Assembly: GCA_965249575.1 (NCBI GenBank)
Contig: OZ252244.1
Span: 2,496,001-2,560,000 of the forward strand
Reading direction: 5' to 3'
DNA: 64,000 nt
From: Gemmatimonadales bacterium
GTDB lineage: Bacteria > Gemmatimonadota > Gemmatimonadetes > Gemmatimonadales > GWC2-71-9
Shown here in pieces: positions 51,766-60,872 of this stretch (its first letter is position 1; the number at the start of each line of letters is the position of its first letter). Position numbers and translations under genes: made by a program. The notes under the pieces were generated by a model. That model did no database searches. It was given only the letters and a program-made list of their open reading frames with translations, and was not told where the DNA came from.

Positions 51766-51868
51766 CCGTGGGTATTGACAAAGCGGCAACTGGTCGCCCC
51801 TTTCGTGTCAGCACGATTGTGAACTTTTTCACGAGACAGGCAGCCCGCCAAGGTCGGGAGATCGCACA

Positions 51869-52120
51869 ATGGCCCGTGTACAGTTGCGAGACAGATGGGT
51901 TGAGGGCGACGACGTTTCGTTCAACACGCTGTCGGAGAGTTGGAACGAATACCAACTCGAAGACGGTACGGAGATCCGAGTGAAGGTGGTAGTCAAGCGA
52001 ATGGTGCGCACCGTGGAGCGCAATGCGGCGGGTGAGCCCATCTACGTAATCCAGTCACAGAACGTTCTCGATGCCCGCGTAGCAGAGGATTTGATTGAGG
52101 CACCACAAGATGACGACTGA
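51869..52120 (+). CDS. Small hypothetical protein, first gene of TA-like triad
   Basis: ESWNEYQLEDGTEIRVK...GEPIYVIQSQNV. Confidence 0.7.
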   Translation: MARVQLRDRWVEGDDVSFNTLSESWNEYQLEDGTEIRVKVVVKRMVRTVERNAAGEPIYVIQSQNVLDARVAEDLIEAPQDDD

Positions 52121-52418
52121 ACTAGAATGGGGCCGTGCAGATACCACAGCCTGGCTGCCCTCGGGTACGGGCAACGTGATCGTATCGGGCATACTCGAAG
52201 CGGATCGTCATCGCATGTGGGGGAACAGGACGATTCGGGGTACGCGAGTGCCGCTCTTTCGAATCATTGAACTCTACGACGCCGGATACACAGTCGAGGA
52301 GATCGGCGACCAAATCTATCCCCACGTGGGAGTGCAACGAGTGGAAGCGGCGCTCCGAGAAGCTGGATATGATTTCCTCAACACGCTGGACAACCCGATC
52401 CTAGCAGCTGCCTCGTAG
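52110..52418 (+). CDS. DUF433-family antitoxin
   Basis: G...IRGTRVP...I.....GYTVEEI...YP.V....V.AAL. Confidence 0.8.
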   Translation: MTTELEWGRADTTAWLPSGTGNVIVSGILEADRHRMWGNRTIRGTRVPLFRIIELYDAGYTVEEIGDQIYPHVGVQRVEAALREAGYDFLNTLDNPILAAAS

Positions 52419-52424
52419 GGGGCA

Positions 52425-52817
52425 TTGCCACCGGTGCGGCTGCTGGCCAACGAATGTGTCGAACCGCCTGTGGCTGGGTTCCTCCGCATGGCTGGATTCA
52501 ACGTCGAAACCATTCTTGACCATTGCCCCCCAGGGGCAGGCGACCAGGAAGTGCTCCAACGAGCGTTCGAGCTCAATCGAACGCTCTTGACGTACAACCG
52601 AGATGGCCGCGAGTTTGGAGCACTGAACGCCGACCACCCGGGGCTGGCCATTGTGAATTGTCGCGTGACCGACTTCCAGACCCTTGGAGACCTGATCTTC
52701 CAGTCGCTTGTTGCGGTTCCGATTGACCGAGGAGATGTCTACATCATCGAGCCGGGTCGCATACGTATTCACCGGGTAGACGGATCATCCGCTACGTTCG
52801 CTGTGTCGAATATGTAA
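52425..52817 (+). CDS. DUF5615 PIN-like toxin
   Basis: LLANECV, LR.AGFNV, GAGDQEVL..A....RTLLT.N...FG, HPG. Confidence 0.8.
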   Translation: MPPVRLLANECVEPPVAGFLRMAGFNVETILDHCPPGAGDQEVLQRAFELNRTLLTYNRDGREFGALNADHPGLAIVNCRVTDFQTLGDLIFQSLVAVPIDRGDVYIIEPGRIRIHRVDGSSATFAVSNM

Positions 52818-52823
52818 TTGCTT

Positions 52824-52910
52824 CTACCCCTCCTTCGCCTTCAACGCCCCGACCACGCCAGGCACGATTTTCTCCGCACTCCGCCCGATCACGTAGCCGC
52901 CCAACCCGAT
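52824..52910 (-). pseudogene. C-terminal remnant of a 3TM-type holin
   Basis: IGLGGYVIGRSAEKIVPGVVGALKAKEG*; GLGGYVxGRSxEK is the 3TM holin terminal motif. Confidence 0.7.
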
Positions 52911-53292
52911 CACCTGCTGGCTCGAGATTCAGCGGCGGAAGGCGAAAGTCGGGGGTTGACGAATCTCGGGCCAACCTGCCGATTATAGACACACAGGTGA
53001 CATCGCCTCATCACTCGACACAGACCGGGCGCGCGTGACCCGACGAGCCGGATGGCGAAGAAAAGCCGAAGCGCGCCTGACCCGTACTGTCGTTCAGATC
53101 ATTGACATCCTCTGCCATGGAGCGATTTTTTGCGGCATATGTCTTGGTCGTCGCGGGCTGTGATTGGCTGCGCCGCGAGTTCGCTGGCGGACCAGGAGCT
53201 GTCGCGGCGGGTATAGCAGAAACGTGGTTCGGGTTCGTCTTTCTACATCGACTGTGGTTTGAATGGATGACGCGCGGGAGGAAGCGACCCTA

Positions 53293-53832
53293 ATGACCGA
53301 GGCGAACCGTAGTTGGGGAGAGAACCTCGTGGCGTATCTGCAGTCACTTCTTCGCCTCGAGTGGCATTTTCTCGCCCCATCACTCGTCGCCCTGGCCGGC
53401 CTGTTGCCGTTCGCCCTGTTTGGTATGGGCAGAGCCGGCACCATCGCAGGCGCGATGTGGGCTGTGATCTACGTCTTCATTATCGGCTGGAGTGTGCCGC
53501 TTTACTTGCTGTCTATTCGGGATGCCGTCCGGGTGCTGTTCGGCAAGGAGGCGCGGTTTCTCGCCCTGGTGGAGCGAGCACTGGCCGATAGGGGGCCGGA
53601 CTTCGAGCTGCGAATCTTCATGTATCTCGGCACGTTCATGAATCCGCTCTGGGTGACGGGCGTGCTTTCCATGTGGTTTGTCCAGCAGCGCGGGCAGGTG
53701 ACGAAGTCCGATGGCGAGGAAGGGAGTCACGTTGGACCCTCGGAAGTCGCGATCTATTATCAGGTCCAGCGGAGCGAGCCGTTCATGAGACCGCGGGACA
53801 GCGATCCCCATATGCCAGTGGTTGTTGGCTGA
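53293..53832 (+). CDS. Membrane protein (cargo)
   Basis: Three hydrophobic segments. Confidence 0.6.
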   Translation: MTEANRSWGENLVAYLQSLLRLEWHFLAPSLVALAGLLPFALFGMGRAGTIAGAMWAVIYVFIIGWSVPLYLLSIRDAVRVLFGKEARFLALVERALADRGPDFELRIFMYLGTFMNPLWVTGVLSMWFVQQRGQVTKSDGEEGSHVGPSEVAIYYQVQRSEPFMRPRDSDPHMPVVVG

Positions 53833-53852
53833 CCGAGCTTTCGGGCTTCACG

Positions 53853-54446
53853 CTACCGTAGCAGCTCCCATCCCACAATCCCGACGGCCACGAACGGCAG
53901 CGAGCGGCTGAGCCTGGTGAGGAAGCCGGGCGAGGCCCGGCTCCGTTCCGTGGCGAGCAGGGCTTCCGTCGACTCGAGCAGGGCGGTGAGCTCGCCGACG
54001 GTCGAGTCGCGCCGCGCGAGTGAGGAATCCTTCGCGGCCACGATGGCCTCGCAGGTGCGGAGCGCGAGCGTGCAGCTGGCGACCTGGTCCTCGAACGCCG
54101 TGACGGTCTGGTTCACGATCACCACGACGGAATCCGGCACGGTGGAATCGGCGAGCACGGAATCGAGCTGCCCGGTGAGGCGCTGGGTTTCTCGGGACGC
54201 TCGAGCGAACTGACGCCGTTGGGTGGCGAGAGAATCGGTCAGCCGCTGGATCCGGACGACGGCGAGACTCTCCGCGATCGCGCGCGCGCCTTGGATGGTG
54301 GCGAGCTCCGTCTTCGCGTGTGCGAGGCTGTCGGCCCGGACATCGGCCAGCGTCTCCGCCCGGACCTGCGCATCGTGACTGCGGAGCCAGAACCACCCCA
54401 TGGCGAGGACGACGCCAAGCAGCGTCGGGCTGAGGAAACGCGTCAC
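53853..54446 (-). CDS. Spanin-like coiled-coil membrane protein
   Basis: N- and C-terminal hydrophobic segments, coiled coil, two Cys; last gene of lysis cluster. Confidence 0.55.
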   Translation of the reverse strand: MTRFLSPTLLGVVLAMGWFWLRSHDAQVRAETLADVRADSLAHAKTELATIQGARAIAESLAVVRIQRLTDSLATQRRQFARASRETQRLTGQLDSVLADSTVPDSVVVIVNQTVTAFEDQVASCTLALRTCEAIVAAKDSSLARRDSTVGELTALLESTEALLATERSRASPGFLTRLSRSLPFVAVGIVGWELLR

Positions 54447-54682
54447 GGCGCGTCCTTGAACAGCTCTCGCTCCCACTTCGGTCGCAGCCGTGGCGTGTTG
54501 AACAGGCTGTCGATCCACCCGGCGAGGGACTGCGCTTCGCGCGCGGCACTCGCGCTGTAGGCGACGGCTTGGTCAATCCGGCGAGCCAACTCGAGCTGTC
54601 GCTGCACGACCATCCCTCCCCAGAAGCAGAGGATGCCAAAGGTGAGAAAGAGGGTGGCCGTGAACGCAATCCACGGCCACAC
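54443..54682 (-). CDS. Small membrane protein in lysis cluster
   Basis: N-terminal TM; start uncertain. Confidence 0.5.
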   Translation of the reverse strand: MWPWIAFTATLFLTFGILCFWGGMVVQRQLELARRIDQAVAYSASAAREAQSLAGWIDSLFNTPRLRPKWERELFKDAP

Positions 54683-54687
54683 GACGA

Positions 54688-55107
54688 CTAGTCGGGTCCG
54701 GACCAGTCGCCCGCCTGGAGGTTCGTGATCGTGAGCGTGGGGGCCTCCAGCTGATCCAACGCCAGCATGAACCGCTCGAACGCCGGCCGGCTGAAGGTCA
54801 CCGCCCACGTGTCATTCACCCACCCAAGCTTCAAGCCCGGCCCGATACAGCCCAGCACGTCGGCCATCGTATTCGCGATGTGGATCTTGATCAGCGAGCG
54901 GTTCGGGACGTTCAGGACCTCGTAGGCGTCGTAGTTCCCGCGGTGATAGCGGCCCCGCTCGAGTGGATACGTGCCGACCGGGATGCAGGATTTCCGCGGT
55001 GCGTTGTCGTGCCAGGGCCGCTCGACCGTGAAGCAGGTGAACCCCTCGAGCTCCAGCCGGCCGAACGTGCCCATCGGCGTGTAGGCGAACCGCTCGAGGA
55101 CGATCAC
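54688..55107 (-). CDS. DUF5675-family putative endolysin
   Basis: TFGRL..CFTVERPW..SCIPVGTY..NVPNRS.I.IH.AN...DVLGCI. Confidence 0.8.
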   Translation of the reverse strand: MIVLERFAYTPMGTFGRLELEGFTCFTVERPWHDNAPRKSCIPVGTYPLERGRYHRGNYDAYEVLNVPNRSLIKIHIANTMADVLGCIGPGLKLGWVNDTWAVTFSRPAFERFMLALDQLEAPTLTITNLQAGDWSGPD

Positions 55108-55424
55108 TCGTCCTTCGTCTGCGCCGTGGGCCCGGTCAACGTCTTCGCCTTGCTGGCGATCGTCGGGATCTTGTCCACCAGGCCGCTCCACACCTTCCCG
55201 GCCGTCTGCTTGCCCAACATCTTCGGCGCAACGCAGACCGCGCAGAAGGCGAGTTGGATGACGGCGTAGAGGAGGTCGAGTCCTTCGGTGCAGCCGTCGG
55301 GCCCGCAGAAGCCCAACCGCCGGGCCGTTTCGCCAACGAAGAACATGAGCGCGACCGCGAGGCCGATGATGAACCCCACGTTCTCGAGCGCGCGGGAGAG
55401 GGGATGGTCACCGTTCTGCGTCAT
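55104..55424 (-). CDS. Holin-like membrane protein
   Basis: Two TM segments, charged tail, upstream of lysin. Confidence 0.55.
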   Translation of the reverse strand: MTQNGDHPLSRALENVGFIIGLAVALMFFVGETARRLGFCGPDGCTEGLDLLYAVIQLAFCAVCVAPKMLGKQTAGKVWSGLVDKIPTIASKAKTLTGPTAQTKDE

Positions 55425-55762
55425 GGACTCCTCCGCGCGGGCTGCCGGAACGGCTCGGGGATCACACAGTCCTGCCACTGGCCGAACCGCACGGAATCCT
55501 GCGTCGCGATCATCACACAGAGGATCTGGCCGGTGACGGTCACCACCGAATCCAGCCGCGCGCGGGTCTCGTCCCGCTCCCCGGCGGCCGCCCCCTGCTC
55601 CGCCTCCACCGTGGCGACGCGGTCGGGGAGCTGCAGGTAGCCACCCACCGCCAACGCGGCGAACCCGCCGGCAGTGAAGATGGCCCCCCCCGCCAAGACG
55701 GTCTGCCAGATCTGCGGCAGCCGCGCGAGGGCCGCGATCAGCGGACCCGACTCACGAGCCAC
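55421..55762 (-). CDS. Membrane protein in lysis cluster
   Basis: One TM and short coiled coil. Confidence 0.55.
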   Translation of the reverse strand: MARESGPLIAALARLPQIWQTVLAGGAIFTAGGFAALAVGGYLQLPDRVATVEAEQGAAAGERDETRARLDSVVTVTGQILCVMIATQDSVRFGQWQDCVIPEPFRQPARRSP

Positions 55763-55991
55763 GCTGTCCGTTCGGCTCCGGCCGCTGGTAGAGCACCAGG
55801 TCGTCGAGGTTCAAGAAGATCCCCTCCGTGGGCTCGGCCATCCGGACGAGCCGATGCAGGCGGCCAAGGATCGCGTTCCGTCGCGCCTCGACGCGGCGCA
55901 ATGCCTCGAGTTCCGGCCGGATCAGACTGCGCTCGACATCGGTAAGCTCGCGGAGCTTCGTGCCCGGAGGCGGCGTCGGAGTGTCTGCCAT
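55752..55991 (-). CDS. Phage hypothetical protein
   Basis: 79 aa, AGGAG RBS. Confidence 0.55.
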   Translation of the reverse strand: MADTPTPPPGTKLRELTDVERSLIRPELEALRRVEARRNAILGRLHRLVRMAEPTEGIFLNLDDLVLYQRPEPNGQRGS

Positions 55992-58900
55992 AGGGTCTCC
56001 TGTTCCAGCTCGGTCACGCGCGCCGCCACCTGCCGGACGGCACCAATGACGAGCATGTGCGTTCGGGACCAGTTGATGAAGTGATGGCCGTCGGCGTTGA
56101 ACGTGACCAGGCGCAACCGCTCGAGTTCGGGCCGGTGCGCTTCGAGCGTCGCGCGGAAGTGCTCACGGAGTGGGTCGCCCGGTCGGCTCACGCCAGCCGA
56201 CAGCGCGTCGAGGAGGACCACGTCGGGGTAGGGGTCGAAGTTGGTCCACACGGTCCCGACATCTTGGTGGGAGTCGCCGTCCGCGTCGAGAATGAAGCGC
56301 GTCGTGTTCCCACCGAGGGTGAAGGCGCAGAGGTTCTCGTTCGTGCCGAGGTTCTGAACCGTCGTGCCGTTCTTCTTTTCGGCATGAATCATCACCGGGG
56401 CTTTCCCGCTGGCACTCTTGGTCGTCATCCCGGTGCCGGCCACGCCAAAGAGCTCGGCACCGATGAACGATCCAGTCTCGACAAACCCTCGGATCTGGAT
56501 CCCACCCTGGAAGCCGGCGAACTTCCGAATCGCCGCGTACACGTCCGTCGGGATGATCGACGTCATGCCATGCGCCACATCTGAACTCGCGAACCGGAGG
56601 ATGTCCCCGTCCTGGCCGCCCTGGTCGAGCTTGAGGAGCGGGCTCGCCTGGCCGACGATCGTGACGGCATCGCCGAACCGGACCTTCCCGAGGTTGGTGT
56701 AGATCGCCCACGTGTTCGTGCCCACCGCACGGTCGGGGATGTAGAGGCCGTAGCTGTTCGTGAGCGCACCGGCCGGCAAGCTCGGATCGGAGAGAAAGGC
56801 GCCGTAGTAATTCGTGACGGTCCCGCTGCCCGAGAGGGTGGCATCGACGACGAACGCCGCGTACTCGAGGCCGGTGAACCCGCCCTTCGCGAGCTCGGTG
56901 CCGACCCGCACGCCGATCGAGTTGGGTTGGTCGTTCGCGGTCGCGGTGATCCTCCCCTCGACCGCGAGCTGCCGCCTCCCGTTGCCCGAGTAGTTCGTCC
57001 CGATCTTGAGCGCCACGCCGGTCGTGGGACTGACCGCATCGCCGAGCGCCACACGGGTCGCCGAGAAGCTCTCGGCCGCGATGATCGCCCCCTGGGTGAT
57101 CGTGTTGCCATCGATCGCCGAGATGGCGGGGAGTGCGGGTGCGGCAATGTGCTGGACGATCGGTCCATCGGTATGGGCGAAACCCACATCGCCGACGAAG
57201 TTGGGCAGTCCCTCGTCGCGCGCCTGCGCTTGCACCGTGACCGTGTGCTTGACGTGACGCGTGAAGGTCACCCCGTTCTGGGGCGCGGCCAGCCAGGCCG
57301 TCCAGTCCGTCCAGTTCCCGGTATCGACCTTGGACCGATACCGGACCTTGAGCGGGCCCTGACCATTGTTGCCGAGGACCGCCGTCATGTTGACCGTCAA
57401 CGTGGTCGCCGTGAGCGAGCCGAAGGCGATCGTCGTCTCCGGCGGCCCGTCGAGGAGCGTCAGGTATTTTTCTTCGTAGAGGTCGGTCGACTCACCACCG
57501 GTGCCATCCGACTTCTCGTACGCCAGAATCGACAGGAACGCGTTCTGGGTCGGCAAGACCGAGATGATCGTCCCGGTCGTCGCGTTACCGCCCGTGCCCA
57601 GCGCCACGACGCCCGCGGCCTGCGTCGTCGCCCGACTCGGGAAGGCCGACGTGGACCCAGCCACCCGCACCGAACCGGCACTCTTACACTTCACCTGGAC
57701 GGTGATGTTGCCAGCATGGTCGCACAGCGCCTTGGCCGAGAGCACCTCGGGCCGACTGAAGCCGAGACGCGATAGGGCGGTGCTCCCTGCCTGAATGTTG
57801 GCGTACGACTGAATCCAGACCACGAACCGCGTTCCCCACACGTCCCGGATCGCTTGGATTCTCCCGAAGGCCCATACGGTCCCACGGAGAGCACGGGCCT
57901 GCAACGGATCGCTTGCCTGCGACGGATCTCTTGCTACGAACTGATCCGTCTCGATAGCAATGGCGTCCCCCAGCTCTAGCTCGGGATGCGGCCAGGAACT
58001 CCGGAACTCCCACAGGATCAGGCCGGTGCCGAAGGCGTTAACGAGACGTTGGCCAACCGACTGTGCGAGGGCCTGTGTGTCGATCCATTGGGACAGCGAC
58101 TTATCGACTTCGTACTTGTCGATCCGCGTGTTCCCCAGCGCCACGATCGCGTCGCCGGAGAACGCACGCTCCTCGTCTTCGAATTCGTCCGCGTCCGCGT
58201 TGTACTTCCACTTCACTCGTACATCGGTCAGGCGGGCACGGAATCCCGGCGTGACGTGAAGCGGCTCGACGATGCTCCGCGGGAAGATTGCGTGCACCTT
58301 CGTCGGTGCACCGTCGTTTACTTCGACGGCCTTCAAGCGGCCTTGCGACGTGATGGTGGTGTACTGTGCCAGGGCGGCGATGTTGTCGAGTTCTTCTTTG
58401 GCATCGCCGTCCTTGATCCCCCTGTGCGTGACCGTGGTAGAGTCATTGATCCCAGGGCCGCGGTGTTTGCCTGCGAGGCCCGCCTGTCCGTCCATCAGAT
58501 CGTCATAGACGGCCGTCAGTGTTTGGTTGGTGTACTGCAGCGCATCGACGGTCGATACCCCCACCTTCGGTAGCGCGGCCCGCATCGTGATGAGCGGCGA
58601 GACACAGTAGAAGCGATACCCACCGGGAATGAGGTCGTAGTCATCGACGAGGAACGTATCGATGTGCAGCCACTTACTGCGTGCGAGCGAACGGTGGCCG
58701 ATCGACAAGCGGAAGTTGATCGCCTCGAGATTGTGGGCGACCAGGATGTCCCCCATTGGATCGTTCGTGTCGCCGGGGGAACCGGTGGCGAGGACGACGA
58801 TGAGGGCTTCGGTGATCTTGCCTTTGAGCGTGATGGGATCGAACTGCTGGTCCAGTCCGTCGACCTCCGCAAAGTCGCTCAGGTCGTACAGCGTGAGATC

Positions 58901-60028
58901 CTTCATGCCCATCGCACGGAGAATGGGCGTGACGTCAAAGTTGGTATTAGGGGTGAGCGTACAGCGGAACTTACGCAATCGCGTTGGCGTGAGCCCCAGG
59001 TCCGCGGTCATCTTCTGGCCGTCGGTGTACGTCACCCAGTCTGCGTTCGCGTCGTCCCACACTTGAAAGGTGAGCGACGAATCGTCCGGCGTGTCGCCGC
59101 GTCCGACGAGCTCCACATCATCACCGGACGGCGCTGCGCCGAGGTCGAATAAGTTACCGCTGCTGAAGGTGATGGTCTGTTCGGTGAACGCCTTCGCCTT
59201 CAGTGTGAGTTTCGGAACGCCAGTCTGCGCTCCCAGGTCTTCGTACAATCCGTCGCTCCGATCGCCCGTGACCTTGATGAACTTGTGCTGCGACAGCGTG
59301 TTGCCGTTGCTGACGATGGAGGTGCCTGCAGCCGTATCGACTTGCCACCCGACGTTGGTTGCCGGGTTCCCGTCAGCGTCGAGGGCCCAGAGGAAGATGT
59401 AAGACCTGGGAACATTGGAGCCCGCGGCCACCGCGTCGGTATCGGGTAGATACGCCTTGGGTGTCGGTAGGAAGGACGAATTACCGACCAACGAGAACGA
59501 CACCACCCCGGCCGACGGACCGGCGGTGACTTTCACGCGATTGGTGATGGGATGAATGTGGAGCTGCGGGAACAACAGGGGCGTCGTGGTACGCGCGAAC
59601 AGATTGTAGGCGTTCACCCGCTCCTGCGCCAGCGCATACACTTGCATACCCCACTGGTCGACGTTCTTCCCGCTCTTCCCGTCTACATCGGGATCTAGGT
59701 ACAACTCGACTGCGGTTAGCGGCGTGTCGGATGCGTGCGTCCCACCCCAATTGATCTGCGCGACGAACCGCGGAGCGGTCTCGTTGAGGTCCGTGACATC
59801 GTCGTCTTCGGTGCCGTGCGTGACCAACGTGGACCCCGTACCCGTGATGACGACCCCACCGTCCCTGTTCGTCGTCATTCCCGACGTGCTGTCGGCCGCG
59901 TCCCACTCCAACTCCCGGACCCGCACATGCTCGTTGACGGAGACTTCCGCCTCGATGATCTGGCGCGCATCGCCCCCACGAGCAACCAGATGTTCAAGGA
60001 GATCGTTGTTGAGGCCAGGGCGGGGCAT
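55922..60028 (-). CDS. Large tail tip/fibre protein
   Basis: 1368 aa after tape measure region; Gly/Thr-rich fibre-like C-half; chaperone-like end INWSR..LVIGAVRQVAARVTELE. Confidence 0.75.
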   Translation of the reverse strand: MPRPGLNNDLLEHLVARGGDARQIIEAEVSVNEHVRVRELEWDAADSTSGMTTNRDGGVVITGTGSTLVTHGTEDDDVTDLNETAPRFVAQINWGGTHASDTPLTAVELYLDPDVDGKSGKNVDQWGMQVYALAQERVNAYNLFARTTTPLLFPQLHIHPITNRVKVTAGPSAGVVSFSLVGNSSFLPTPKAYLPDTDAVAAGSNVPRSYIFLWALDADGNPATNVGWQVDTAAGTSIVSNGNTLSQHKFIKVTGDRSDGLYEDLGAQTGVPKLTLKAKAFTEQTITFSSGNLFDLGAAPSGDDVELVGRGDTPDDSSLTFQVWDDANADWVTYTDGQKMTADLGLTPTRLRKFRCTLTPNTNFDVTPILRAMGMKDLTLYDLSDFAEVDGLDQQFDPITLKGKITEALIVVLATGSPGDTNDPMGDILVAHNLEAINFRLSIGHRSLARSKWLHIDTFLVDDYDLIPGGYRFYCVSPLITMRAALPKVGVSTVDALQYTNQTLTAVYDDLMDGQAGLAGKHRGPGINDSTTVTHRGIKDGDAKEELDNIAALAQYTTITSQGRLKAVEVNDGAPTKVHAIFPRSIVEPLHVTPGFRARLTDVRVKWKYNADADEFEDEERAFSGDAIVALGNTRIDKYEVDKSLSQWIDTQALAQSVGQRLVNAFGTGLILWEFRSSWPHPELELGDAIAIETDQFVARDPSQASDPLQARALRGTVWAFGRIQAIRDVWGTRFVVWIQSYANIQAGSTALSRLGFSRPEVLSAKALCDHAGNITVQVKCKSAGSVRVAGSTSAFPSRATTQAAGVVALGTGGNATTGTIISVLPTQNAFLSILAYEKSDGTGGESTDLYEEKYLTLLDGPPETTIAFGSLTATTLTVNMTAVLGNNGQGPLKVRYRSKVDTGNWTDWTAWLAAPQNGVTFTRHVKHTVTVQAQARDEGLPNFVGDVGFAHTDGPIVQHIAAPALPAISAIDGNTITQGAIIAAESFSATRVALGDAVSPTTGVALKIGTNYSGNGRRQLAVEGRITATANDQPNSIGVRVGTELAKGGFTGLEYAAFVVDATLSGSGTVTNYYGAFLSDPSLPAGALTNSYGLYIPDRAVGTNTWAIYTNLGKVRFGDAVTIVGQASPLLKLDQGGQDGDILRFASSDVAHGMTSIIPTDVYAAIRKFAGFQGGIQIRGFVETGSFIGAELFGVAGTGMTTKSASGKAPVMIHAEKKNGTTVQNLGTNENLCAFTLGGNTTRFILDADGDSHQDVGTVWTNFDPYPDVVLLDALSAGVSRPGDPLREHFRATLEAHRPELERLRLVTFNADGHHFINWSRTHMLVIGAVRQVAARVTELEQETLWQTLRRRLRARSSASLPMSSAV

Positions 60029-60029
60029 C

Positions 60030-60872
60030 CTACGGCCAGTCCGGATCGAGTTCTTCGACGGGCACTGACGCCGCACGGAATCCCCAACCCACCGGGAACT
60101 GGAAGTCGACGGCACCGCCTTCCGGGAGCACCCCGAGATAGGCCCGCTCGGCCCGGCTGGTATCGAAGGCCGTTACCATCGGAAACCCGCTCGCGAACCA
60201 GCCGTCGATGTGGGTCTTCGCCGTGCTGTAGGCCGCGAGGGACGTGAGCTTCACGTTCAATTCCCCGCTTCGTTGGATCGGCCCTGACGTGCGCCCGCGG
60301 TAGCCGGTACTGAGGCGGGTGGAGGGCGCCATCAGGCGCTTGCGTTCGTCGGACATCGGTTTCGCCAAGGCCCCCGGTTCCCACGTAGTGCCCAGCATGA
60401 GCCCAGGCAGAACCGGGCGCAGGTTCGCGCCCATTGCGGGAATCCGCACGCGCCAGTAGCGGCTGCTCGCGCTGGCGAAGCGTTTCATCCACGACCCTTC
60501 GGGGGTGAGCGCCCCGTTGGATGCCTCAAGGTCGGTGTCATCCGACACCGTGGATGGAATCGTGACAGTGAACACATCGGTATCGGAGGAGAAGTCGTTG
60601 GTGGATCGCTCAAGAACGATGGTATGACCGCCTAGGTTGTGCCCGCGTTCGATGTAGAGCATCGTCGCAGCCCGGACCGAGGCGCAGTCCACTTTGATCC
60701 AGGCCCCCGTGTTGTCGGCCGTCGGCGTCCATCGGTTCAACAACGGTTGGCGGCGACCGAGGCCGACACGGAACGCTTCAGCGCCAACCGTCTCGGTGTT
60801 CGCCGCGATCACATGTCCAGCGAATTGCAGCCGCGAGTAGAGATTCTCGACGAGGAAGGCGGGATCGGCCAT
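60030..60872 (-). CDS. Tail protein (distal-tail position)
   Basis: Between tape measure and tail tip; RYWRVRI carbohydrate-binding-like strand. Confidence 0.65.
   Translation of the reverse strand: MADPAFLVENLYSRLQFAGHVIAANTETVGAEAFRVGLGRRQPLLNRWTPTADNTGAWIKVDCASVRAATMLYIERGHNLGGHTIVLERSTNDFSSDTDVFTVTIPSTVSDDTDLEASNGALTPEGSWMKRFASASSRYWRVRIPAMGANLRPVLPGLMLGTTWEPGALAKPMSDERKRLMAPSTRLSTGYRGRTSGPIQRSGELNVKLTSLAAYSTAKTHIDGWFASGFPMVTAFDTSRAERAYLGVLPEGGAVDFQFPVGWGFRAASVPVEELDPDWP

Larger units (their letters stand above)
51224..52989 (+). repeat. 80-bp imperfect direct repeat (51224-51303 and 52910-52989) with TTGACG promoter-like element
   Basis: 64/80 identical ungapped; encodes TCWLE(V/I)QRR.A.VGG* and then TTGACG...TGCCGATTATAGA. 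Confidence 0.88.

Noticed and set aside
48838..51778. GTGGGTATTGA shared at 48838 and 51768 as a specific recombination site
   Set aside because: Only 11 nt, overlapping a -35-like box; too weak alone, and mentioned only as part of the hotspot pattern.
46103..53850. CRISPR array, integron attC sites or DGR in the cargo region
   Set aside because: No regularly spaced repeats, no attC-like palindromes, no cas, integron integrase or reverse transcriptase seen, and no adenine-specific repeat pair.
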